A stretch of 64,000 bases of DNA, taken from Eledone cirrhosa. Lineage: Eukaryota. The notes beneath the pieces were generated by a model that was not told where the DNA came from, searched no databases, and worked only from the letters and a program-made list of their open reading frames with translations. The position numbers and the translations under genes were made by a program. The stretch's first letter is position 1; every line of letters begins with the position of its first letter. The stretch lies in NCBI GenBank assembly GCA_964016885.1, contig OZ024741.1, positions 228,594,001 to 228,658,000 on the forward strand, read 5' to 3'. Below, piece by piece: positions 52,806 through 64,000 of this stretch.

Positions 52806-53832
52806 GAGAGAGAGAGAGAGAGATGAGAGAGAGAGAAGTAGAGAGAGAGAGAGAGAGAGAGAGAAATGCATACATAAAACATACAAAGACATAAGAAACC
52901 GCAAATGTAGTCGCTCGACCTACTAGACATAACAGTAAAATCCTCCAGAAATCACATCTTTTCTGTCTTAAATAGGAAGACGTAAAATAATTGTTTCTAC
53001 TTTTAGCACAAGGCCACCAATTATCCAATGCATTACTGGTACTTTATTTATCGACCCGGTAAGGATGAAAGGCAATGTTAACCTCGACGGTAGAGAGCCG
53101 TAAAATAATATGGTTCTACTTTTACCAGCATATAGCGAAAGCACAAGTGAAAAGCATTGACAAAATTCACAATTACACAAACTACACACATATTACACAT
53201 TCACGTACATACACACACATCCGCGCGCTTACATACGCACACACACACAATACTTATATCTACCCAACACACAGACAGAAAGGAATGGAGCTCTATTTGC
53301 TTCAACGATGAATTTTCCAGCTGCTCAATCAACGGAGCAACCTGTTCACGTGTACCCTCAACGTAATTCCCGGTGATATTTCGTGTGACATAATGTATGA
53401 CAATGTTTTTCCCCTTTAATTACAGGTACAATCCAGTTTCTGTCTATCCAGTTCCTATTCACAAGGCATGAGTCGACTTAGGCTATGGTAAATGGCACTT
53501 AACCAAGATGACACGCAGTGGGGATCGAAACTGAGACCTATGATTGCGAAGCGAACTTCTTAACCATTCGCCCATGCTACACACAAAAGTCGGTCACACA
53601 TAGCTAAATACATACCAACACACACATGTGGACAAACATACAACACTTAGACAACGACAAAACAAAAACAATAATTACTATATTAACTCTATTTTGGTAA
53701 TTCAATATTTTACATATCACCCTAGTGGCAAATAAAGACATGTTTGTTGTCGATTATGACAGACTAACCCATCTCTCTAAATTTCTGGGCTTATACTTAT
53801 GCTAGAAAACAATTATTATTATTGTATATATG

Positions 53833-54800
53833 GGTGGTGGATTGGCAGTATCAGTAGAGGGTCGGACGCCATGCGTTGCAGCATAGAGTTACGCCCCATT
53901 TACGATCTGAGGTAAACTTTGCCTTTCATCCTTACATGGTCGATAAAATAAAGTACCAGTAATGCACTGGGATAATTGCTGGCCTTGTGCCAAAAGTAGA
54001 AACAATTATTATTGTATATTGACAGAATTGATAGAACGTCGGACAAAATATATTGTATACGGCTTTTGAAGTTCTGAGTTCAAATCCCGCCTTCTATTCT
54101 TCCGTGGCCGATAAAATAAAGTGCCAGACAATTACTGCGGTCGATTAAATTGACTTTCCCTTTCCCCTAAAATTGTTGGCCTTTTGCCTAAATTAGAAAC
54201 CATTATTTGAATGGCGGTGAATTGGCAGTATCAGTGGAGGGTCGGACGCCATGCTTTCTAACACAGTTACGTCCCTTTACGGTCTGAGTTCAAATCCCGC
54301 CGAGGTTAACTTTGCCTTTCATCCTTACGGGGGTCGATAAAATAAAGTACCAGTAATGTACTGGGTATTTGCTGGCCTTGTGCCAAAAGTAGAAACAATT
54401 ATTTGAATGGCGGTGAATTGGCAGTATCAGTGGAGGGTCGGACGCCATGCTTTCTAACACAGTTACGTCCCTTTACGGTCTGAGTTCAAATCCCGCCAGA
54501 GGTTAACTTTGCCTTTCATCCTTACGGGGGTCGATAAAATAAAAGTACCAGTAATGTACTGGGTAATTGCTGGCCTTTGTGCCTAAAGTAGAAACAATTA
54601 TTTGAATGGCGGTGAATTGGCAGTATCAGTGTGAGGGTCGGGACGCCATGCTTTCTAACACAGTTACGTCCCTTTACGGTCTGAGTTCAAATCCCGCCGA
54701 GGTTAACTTTGCCTTTCATCCTTACGGGGGGTCGATAAAATAAAGTACCAGTAATGTACTGGGTATTTGCTGGCCTTGTGCCAAAAGTAGAAACAATTAT
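53833..54800 (+). mobile_element. Head-to-tail run of five tRNA-derived SINEs, the last three near-identical ~195-bp units
   Basis: TTTGAATGGCGGTGAATTGGCAG recurs near 54206, 54402 and 54601. Confidence 0.88.
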
Positions 54801-54861
54801 TTGATTGTAACCAGCATTCATGTGAGTCTGTCCACCCGACACACACACACACACATACACA

Positions 54862-54901
<40 letters not shown>

Positions 54902-54918
54902 TATATATATATATATAT

Positions 54919-54962
<44 letters not shown>

Positions 54963-55096
54963 ATGCTGGAGAGAGAGAATATCAATGATTTATGAATACA
55001 TATATTTTTAATGGCTGACAATTTGTTTCAAACACTAAATCATGGATATGTACATAGATGATATGGCTTGCTTACTTTTTATTCGATATATATATA

Positions 55097-55198
55097 CTAG
55101 CTGGCCCCGTCCGGCTGGCGCTCAGCTAGGTATACCCTGCCCCCACCACTCCACTGTAAAGATACCACACACCCTCCCGTGTCACATTGTCCTACTGA

Positions 55199-55243
<45 letters not shown>

Positions 55244-55920
55244 AACTAACACTTTAATTGTATCTGTCTCTGTCTAACGCCTATCTATCTCTCTCTTTCC
55301 TTCTCTTCTGTTTTTCTGTCTCTCTCGATAGATGTGTGTGTGTAGTTTTCCTAATCTTTCTCTAAATCTCTCTCTTTCTCTCTCTCTCTCTCTGTATATA
55401 TTGAAGGGAGATACGGAAACAAAAACAGTGTTGTCATATAGAGAGTGAAGAGCGACAGAGAGTAAAGCAGTTAAATTATAGAGAGGGTGAAAGAGGAGAG
55501 AGAGAGAGAGAGAGAGACGACGACGCTCAGCTTTATAATATTAGAGAGTGAAGAGCGACAGAGAGAGTAAAGCAGTTACATTATAGAGAGGGGGAATGAT
55601 CTATTATAGAGAGCCGAATTTACATACGACGCTCATCTCTACGGAAAGTAAAAGAGTGTTGAGAGACAGAGAGTAAAGCAGTTAAATTATAGAGAGGGTG
55701 AAAGAGGGAGAGAGAGAGAGAGAGACGACACTCAGCTTTATAATATTTGAGAGTGAAGAGAGACAGAGAGAGTAAAGCAGTTAAATTATAGAGAGGAGGA
55801 ATGATCTATTATAGAGAGAGGGAAAGAGCGACGGAGAGAGTAAAGCTAAGAAACTATACGGAGGTGTGTAGGATACATACATACATAATACACACGACAC
55901 TCAGCTTTATAATATTATAG

Positions 55921-55921
<1 letters not shown>
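55097..55921 (-). mobile_element. Non-autonomous Helitron with internal tandem repeats
   Basis: Minus 5' A|TCTATAATATTATAAAGCTGAG; GC-rich imperfect subterminal hairpin then CTAG|T. Confidence 0.72.
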
Positions 55922-55971
<50 letters not shown>

Positions 55972-56364
55972 GGCGTGCATATCTATATGAGGAACTTGTA
56001 GTTTACTTGAAGCAATGTATATGCCATAAAGAATTCGACAACGCTTATCAGCAGACGAGGTGTGATGTTAAAGTGGAGATCATTTCGGAAAGAAGAATGC
56101 AATGCAGTAAACTAAAGTAATGCCAGAAATAACATTAGCTCAGAGCTGAGGGCTATACAAACGACCGTAAGATGATACGAAACAAAACAAATAATAAAGT
56201 TGTACGAAACAAAACAAATAATAAAGTTGAAAATAAAAATCAAGCATAGATAAAAATGTAAAGAAATATAATTAAAAAAGGAAAAATGATGCATTTAAAA
56301 TAAATATAAATTATATGTGTAAAAATATGAAAAGTTAAAAATTATTTAATATATCAGTGTATAA

Positions 56365-56690
56365 TAATTGTTTCTACTTTTGGCACATGGCCAGCAATTA
56401 TATCAGTGCAGCACTGGTACTTTATTTTATCAACCCCATAAGGATGAAAGGCAAAGTTAACCTCGGTGGAATTTGAACTCAGAGCATGAAGGGATAATAA
56501 TAATTTCTAAGTTAGGAACAAAGCCAGTAATTTGGGAAGAGAGGAAAAGTCGATTACGTCGATACAAGCACATGACCAAAAGTTTTGACTCAATGACCCC
56601 TCGGCGGGATTTGAACTCAGAATGTAAAGAGCCGTAAGTAAATATCGTAATTTATGTTGCCCGATGCTCTGACGATTGAGCCAATCCATT
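56365..56690 (-). mobile_element. Two diverged tRNA-derived SINE copies
   Basis: Reverse-complement core and B-box matches. Confidence 0.75.
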
Positions 56691-56882
56691 GCGCTGTATT
56701 AAAAGATTGTTTTAAACCGGTTAACATCACGTTTAACTTAACAAGCACACAAATCTCTGTTGTGATAGTAAGAAATGTACTGGTGCAAGAGGTGATAAAT
56801 CAATAATTAGGCCAGCAATGAAATATTACACGCATTATTGGGCCATATTTTTAACAATCAAATGTAGATATTGGACGACTTA

Positions 56883-56964
<82 letters not shown>

Positions 56965-57595
56965 TTACGCATCAGATGACAATGAGAAGAATACGAGATC
57001 CCATCCTTACATGCAACTTCATCTGTGGTAAGGTATTAAAGAAATTATCTCTAGCTAGGATTTAAAGGAATACGAGTTAAGCGGAGCCGCGAGTAACAAT
57101 ATCCATCATACAGAACTGGATATCATATAAACTCTAACACGTATAATGTGGATGCAGTATAATTATTTTCTATATGGAATCTTTCCTACAATATTAGATA
57201 TTTGATTATATACAGTTATTCTATATATATATATTGATATCGGAGATTCTACAAAGATGTCCAGTAGTAACACACGTTAGCTAATATCAAAGAAAAGACA
57301 CAATTCGTTAATATTAGCCCGGAATTAATAATATATTTTGACGAGGTTTTAGGAATGAAACACTGCAATTTGTAACGATGTATATATATACATACATGTA
57401 TACACACCACTCACACACACAAATATATATATAGCGAAGATACTACTTTTTTTCTTAAAATAAGTCTAAAAAATCTACCATGGGTCCCGGAGACCGAAGG
57501 TTGTTTATTATTTTTTTTCAAATTTTTGGTTGTCAAAATTTGGGTGCGTCTTCGAGGACGAAGGTCCTCGGCGACGGGAAATATATATTTATGAA

Positions 57596-57991
57596 ATAAT
57601 TGTTTCTACTTTTGGCACGAGGCCAGCAATTACCCAGTATATTACTGGTACTTTATTTTATCGACCCCGTAAGGATGAAAGGCAAAGTCAACCTCGGCGG
57701 GATTTGAACTCAGATCGTAAAGGGACGTAACTATGCTGGAAAGCATGGCGTCCGACCCTCTACCGATACTGCCAATCCACCGCCATATATATATATCAAA
57801 TAATTGTTTCTACTTTTGGCACAAGGCCAGCAATTAACCCAGTGTATTACTGGTACTTTATTTTATCGACCCCGTAAGGATGAAAGGCAAAGTTAACCTC
57901 GGCGGGATTTGAACTCAGAATGGAAAGGGCCGTAACTCTATGCTGCACAGCATGGCGTCCGACCCTCTACCGATACTGCCAATCCACCGCC
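57596..57991 (-). mobile_element. Two tandem full-length tRNA-derived SINEs (57596-57785, 57800-57991)
   Basis: Reverse complement of the 5628 family. Confidence 0.9.
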
Positions 57992-58390
57992 CTATATATA
58001 TATGTATATGAAATAATGGTAGTTAAGACGGGATTAAATCACCATAATTGTTCATTGCATTATATATATTTCTGTTCAATAGTTATTCATGTAACTTCGT
58101 CAGATGCTTCGCAATCATTGGTGCAGTTACGGAATCATTGGGATATGCCGGTGGCCATGCACATCCATCCAGTAGAGAAGTGGTTCGGCATATATATATG
58201 GGGGGGGGGGGGGGTATTGTAACTAATGCTAGCATGAACCGAGTTCAGCACTCCATACACGTTACATTTTTTTCTAAGAAAGGCGTCAAACTACAAATCT
58301 GTGCAGAGAACTTAACCGATTAAATCGACAGCAGATGTGACTGATACTGCCTTTTATTGACCTCAGAAGTTATGAAAGGCAAATGTGATC

Positions 58391-58581
58391 CAGACCTGCC
58401 AACCCCCAAAAGCCGAAACGAGGAGTACCATAAAAAAGTGCCTCAAAACGAAGGAAAATGTGGCAAATTGGGAGATTTTACATCATGAATGCTATACCAA
58501 TTTTCACAACAGAAGACATCCCTCACCCACAACAAAGTGAGTGGGTATCTCCCCGTCGGATGGAGAGAGTTAACAGGTCTG
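58391..58581 (+). mobile_element. MITE with TIRs CAGACCTGCCAAC/GTTAACAGGTCTG and 6-bp TSD (GTGATC), inserted in an old SINE
   Basis: TIRs and TSD read directly. Confidence 0.85.
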
Positions 58582-59061
58582 GTGATCTTGTTGGGATCAG
58601 AGCGCAGAATGTAAAAAAGCCAAAACAAATCTGACTCTCTAATCTGTGTTTTATTTGCACTATAAGAAAATAAACCACACCCCGGGTGTTTTATTCGTCA
58701 AAAGAACACATAGATTATTCTCGTCTCAGTACTGATTGAGTAAATGTCACCGATGAAAGCTCAAACTCCAGAAACAGGTAGCTGGTATTTTTACCGGCTA
58801 CTGAGATAGCTGTGACATGATCACGGCTTATAATAGCGAGACTCTTGTATCTTCATTATATATAAATATGTCATATATGGTTTTATATACACCACTATTA
58901 TGATCACGTTATATTAGTGAAACAAATATACACGCACTCACACACATATATATACACGCGTGTATACATCTATATACATGATTTGAATAAACGACAAACA
59001 TTTCGAAATATGAAACTATTTTTGTATCACAACAACCATAACAACAACAACAACAACAACA

Positions 59062-59124
<63 letters not shown>

Positions 59125-59230
59125 GCTACCACAATGTTCCGTCTTCTACTGGCATCAGAATGTCAATAGGCTTCAAGGTGAGAGAGTAAGCGGGGAAGAA
59201 GAAAAGAAAGAACGCGAGAGAGAAAATAAA

Positions 59231-59299
<69 letters not shown>

Positions 59300-59509
59300 T
59301 ATATAGAGAGAGAGAATGATTAAGTATCGAGAGAAGAAAATGGAAAGATGGGCGATATATATATTTAGTTGCCAATAGTTTATGCATATGTGCTCAATAC
59401 TCGTGCCTACAGGGTTAAATATTTAGTGGACGAGAAAAAATAAGCAGAGCGATTATAAAGGAAATTAATACAAAGAGTTTAGAACCGTTAGAACATGTTT
59501 ATACAATAG

Positions 59510-59552
59510 TGCACCTACGTACGTTTCGCCCGAAATGGGATTATCAAGGGCA
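59510..59552 (-). ncRNA. Type I hammerhead, U3-A8 core variant
   Basis: tgccc-TTGATAA-tccc-atttc-gggc-GAAA-cgtacg-TA-ggtgca. Confidence 0.6.
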
Positions 59553-59938
59553 TGGAAAGCAAAATAATGATCAATATAGGACCCAGGAGGGAATTCACGG
59601 TTAAATTAACATCATCGTTCATTTTTCCCCTCTGTGCATGTGTTTTTATTATCACAGGGCAGGAGGAGTAACTCTGGCCGGTGTTCAAACAATCAGTCCC
59701 ATGTGGATTTTTATACCTATTCATATGCTGGTGTTTAGCATCTTTATATTATGTGTGTTGTTTCACTAGTGCCAGTACAGGTCGGGTCTGGGGTGTACAT
59801 TTATTATTTAGTGGATGTTGCTTTACTAATGTTTGTTCGAGTATGGTCTGCGGTGTACATTTGGTTCACAGATGTTTGTTCATACTGCCTGCCCACCGGG
59901 GTGTTATGGTTCGGGCAGGTGGATGCAGTTCGTATTTT

Positions 59939-60625
59939 TCATGTCACAGTCGCCTCCCAGGTAAAATACGACGCCTGTATCCGGTGTTTACAATTAATAA
60001 CTGATTCTGCTCGGCTGTTTATGAGCTCGTGGGGTGTTCTTATGATGCAGTACAGCTCCATGAGGCAGAGCTGGCATTTCCCCCTGAAGTTGTAGGGTGC
60101 AGCCCTACCGACAATATCCCACTGTGTGGAGAAGCTAATGTTGGCGTCTTGCAATGTGGTGACGTAGTTGGCAAGCGATGTGGACTGCCTTAGTTTTTTG
60201 TTCCTGAAATAGTGGAGATGCGTTCTAAATCTCGTTTTAAACTGGCCAGAGGTGGCGCCTATATAGTGTTTAACTCCGCTATGACTAGTTACGGTGCACC
60301 TATAAACAACCTTATTAGTCAGGCAGTTTCCCCTGGGGGGGCAGCCTCCCCTGTCACGACAGTTGCATTTTCCGTCACGGTCGCTCCTAGTTCCTGAAGT
60401 AAATCTATTACTATTGCTATCTATGTTGTTATCTATCTCTCTAACTCTGTCATAGGTACTGTTATCTCTCAAGGCGTGCGGTGTTGTACCATTATTATTC
60501 CGCACGCCGCAGCCCGTTCTGATGCCGGTGGGTGACGCGTGTGGGTCACCTGTATATTCTCCAATCACGCCCTGGTTACGTGGGATTCGTCTGCCGAGAG
60601 TAGGAGGGTGGGGTGGTGGAACCAT
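59939..60625 (-). pseudogene. GIY-YIG endonuclease domain of the PLE
   Basis: CxCx5Cx5C linker, VVY...YIG, catalytic R, CxxC, E. Confidence 0.88.
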
Positions 60626-62255
60626 ATGATATTACAGTGGCGTTTCCGCTTTACAGTGGGTTTGATACAGGTTGGGCTTCCTAGTTGACAGTACTTACGG
60701 TTGTTCATGTGCTGTAGCCGGTTATGCGTCCCCATATTTTATGTTCAGGTAGGGGCGCCTTACCTCCGTACTTTTTATGTGTGGCTAGACGCTGGTTGGA
60801 GAGTGTTGGTAATAGGCCGCCGCCGTTGCTAGTCTTATAGTTAGGGAATAATTCTAATAGGCTGCAGCGGGTGGCGTTACCAATCGGGTAACACTTACCA
60901 TACTGTCGGTTGTCGTGTAATTAACGGTGTGGCCAAGTTTCTTAGTGTGGTTCTCTATACTATAGTTCTTGACGCTGTCATGGCTGTAGCGTGCTCTGTT
61001 ATAGGTATGGCTCACTATAACATTAGTCCTATGTTGGAGTTGGTTTCTGGAGCTAGCGTTAAGGATGTAGGATATTTTCTGGTTAAAACCAGCATTTAGT
61101 AAAGCCTCATTGTAATATTCGGCCGCTTGGTTGAAGATATCTTCATTGGCGGAGAGCCTCGAGATCCTATGGGATATGCTATATACTATGGAGTTGAGAG
61201 TAGACTTAGGGTGGTTAGATGCATAGTTTATATAGGACAGGATCTCACCGGGCTTATGGTATGGCTTGTATAGGCCCGAACTCAACGCCAGGGTTACGTC
61301 TAGGAAATTGACTATTTGGTGGTTGAGGTCCATGGTCACTGATAGGCCATATGTCTTAAAGAACCTGTGTATACGCTTGTTAAGGTTCTCTATCCTGCGG
61401 GGGCTGTGGCTTCGCACGGTAAACAGGGCATCGTCCCTATATACCCGCCCTGTAGGGCCGGTATCTCGTCCCTAATTCTATGCAGGAGGTATATCCCGAC
61501 CAGGTCAGTTACTTGCGCCGAGTCGCTGGACCCCATCGTGATATCAAAGTTGTCAGGACGGTTGGTTCTGGCCCAGTAGGAGACATCGAACTTGATAATA
61601 GTTCTACGCGCTGCGAGCACAATATCTATCTCTTTCTTAGTGAGGCTAGTATTAGACTTAGCTAGGATAAGCGCTTTATTTAGGAGTATGGGGGAGATCG
61701 ATGCGCAGTAGCCATCTATGTCAAACTGTATGAACTTGAGAGTTGTTTTATCAGGTAACTCTGTGAACCAATTAATGACCTGGTCGGTGCTACTCCAGAG
61801 ACAGACCTTGGCTTTATTATTAAGTTCTAGTAGTACTCTATCTAGGATCACTTTACTAATTTTACCTATATCCGAAGTTGATGGGCATATAAGTCTAATA
61901 GAGGGGTTTTCATTAAAGTTACATTTGTGATACTTAAGAGAGAATCTAGGTGTCATAGGGACATATGGGTTGGTGTACTTATCTATGTCTAGTTACTATA
62001 TCTAGTAACTATATCCTTCCCTACCCTATTTATGTTATTTAAAGTGCTAGTTGGTGTTTTCTTATAATTTTTATGTAGTTCCTTATAAATGAAATGTTTG
62101 TACTTGCTCACGTCCATCTTATACAGCTTTTTGGTTTTGTCGGAGGTAACGAAGAGGTGTGGGTCCTTCTTGATTCTGGTAATGAGTGCATCCAGGGATG
62201 TTATGAATGAATATATATATATATATGAATATATATATATATATATATATGAATT

Positions 62256-62286
<31 letters not shown>

Positions 62287-62750
62287 TTAATTTAAAGAGA
62301 GAGGAGGAGAGAGAAAGAGAAAAAGGATAAAAAGAGAAAAAGAGAAAGAGAGAGAAAAACAGATAAATAGAGAGATACAGCGAGATGAGAAGAAAAAAAG
62401 AAAGAAAGAAAGAATGAAAGAGAGAAAAACTGGATCTCTGGTTTCAATGTTTGCTTAACTGAATACAGCAAGATGATGTTTATAATTATTGTGTTTGCTA
62501 ATATTTTACACTGACTTTGCTATAGGCCAAAATACAACCATAGCATACAGAAACACAAACACATAGACCACAGCTAGATTATCCACACGGTTATATCTGC
62601 TTATAATTATTTACATACTTACATATGCACATACCAACATACACATACACATACATACATACATACACATACACATACATACATACATACATACATACAT
62701 ACATACATACATACATACATACATACATACATACATACATACATACATAC

Positions 62751-63990
62751 AAGGTGGCTGCATCTCGATTTCAAGAATTGCATTTAATTAAACCGTTTCT
62801 CACAAATGGGTGGCATGAACATGACTCTTTAGCCCCGACGAGGTCTTACATTCCTTTCTGCTTATGCTGTAGCGATGAGCATTCCTTCCACCTTGGTTCG
62901 CTAGTTTATTTTGGTGCCCTTTCAAATGACGTTGGGGTCCACCGACCGAAACACATTGTTTTCCACACTTCCGACAGGAGAAATTACCAAAGACCATAAT
63001 AGGAAACATTTTGTACGTGGTTTTTCCGATGACTTCTATTACCAGCTTTACGGAGGCAAATCTGACCACACTCATTGCACATAAAAATCCAGGTAAAATA
63101 ATACCTAGTTGACCCTTACGCAGGTTCCTCTTTAATTTTTCATGCTCCACACGAGATTTTTCAAATTCCTGTTTCCCATTAAACACTATCTTCTTTGAAG
63201 ATGATCGATCTAAGGCAGTCTACCAAGATATCTTTTGAGTTTTACGTTATCAAAGTTGCTTTGATGCAGTTTTTATACCTGAGATGGCTTTGTATCTGAG
63301 TTTTGGTTTATGCCTTGGCATTTTGGCTTTGACTAACTCCCTATACAGAAATTTATTGGGAATATGATGATCTGGCATTCTCACAACATGGCCGCTCCAG
63401 CGCAATCGATACTTAATTATGAGAGATTCAATACTTTTGAAATGATTTCGTTCTAGCACGTCAACATCACGCATATGTGATTGCCAATGGATACCGAGTA
63501 TTCCGCGAAGACACTGTTCATAGAAATGTTGAAGCATTTCGGTGGTAGATGACCAAAGTTTCACCTGCATACAACAATGAAATAATACACATGTTTGTCA
63601 AGTCAACAAAAACATGATAGAAATCCTTCCCTGTTCAATGCACTTCTGTAATTGTCTCACAGAGAAGATCATGTCTATTGTCCATCTGTCATCTCTAAAG
63701 CCACACTGTGACTCGAAGAACATTGGCAGCGATCTCATCAAGCAAACTGTCTAGCATGATCTTACACAAGACTTTTCCGACAACTGACAGGAGGGTTATC
63801 CCACGATAATTACAACAATCACCCTTTGCACCCTTTCCTTTATAAAACACCACCATTAATGCCTCTTTCGAATCTTGGAGAACGCTTTCTTCTTCCCAAA
63901 CCGTATCAGGTTTGTAAGAAGCCAAAGAATGTTTCGGTTTTTACATTTCAATACTTCAGTACAAATACCATCCATCCCTGGCGACTTTTC
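62751..63990 (-). mobile_element. RTE-BovB-like LINE, decayed
   Basis: YKGKGAKGDCCNYRGITLLSVVGKVL; RLRWSGHVVRMPD..IP...LY.EL...KPKLRYK; C-terminal Zn fingers; GCAGCCACC then (TGTA)n tail. Confidence 0.88.
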
Positions 63991-64000
63991 ATTACTGAAC

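Larger units (their letters stand above)
48997..54820. repeat. Near-identical direct duplication (48997-51645 vs 51846-54820) across an assembly gap
   Basis: Collinear; differences are mostly homopolymer or microsatellite indels and SINE copy number. Confidence 0.93.
59350..62200 (-). mobile_element. Penelope-like element (Hydra-type), 5'-truncated and frameshifted
   Basis: SDKTK.LY, NPSIRLICP, FIQFDIDG, FDITMGSSDSAQVTDLVG, YRDD across a frameshift near 61440, NFLDVTL, CNCRDRGGCPPRGNC, VVYRCTV..YIGATSGQFKTR, CQLC, CKH. Confidence 0.92.

Overview
AT-rich, microsatellite-saturated eukaryotic non-coding DNA. The SINE and microsatellite landscape suggests an octopus or other cephalopod assembly; this is an inference and was not checked. 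I found no intact host gene, and almost all short ORFs in the track are microsatellite artefacts. The window is a patchwork of decayed mobile elements: Penelope-like retroelements (PLEs; RT plus C-terminal GIY-YIG), including several with the CxCx5Cx5C linker of the Hydra clade and one Neptune-like copy; RTE-type LINE fragments; about 20 copies of a ~190-bp tRNA-derived SINE; two non-autonomous Helitrons; and MITEs. A ~2.7-kb block is duplicated across a 200-N gap. The most notable signal is a high density of type I hammerhead ribozyme (HHR) motifs in several unrelated families. One is a ~430-bp non-coding tandem unit with one HHR per monomer (7 HHR copies in two clusters), which looks like a non-LTR retrozyme that could yield circular RNA. 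There are also U3-A8 core-variant HHRs and several fold-back palindromes centred on or beside hammerhead stem II. All structures were read by eye; no folding or database search was run.
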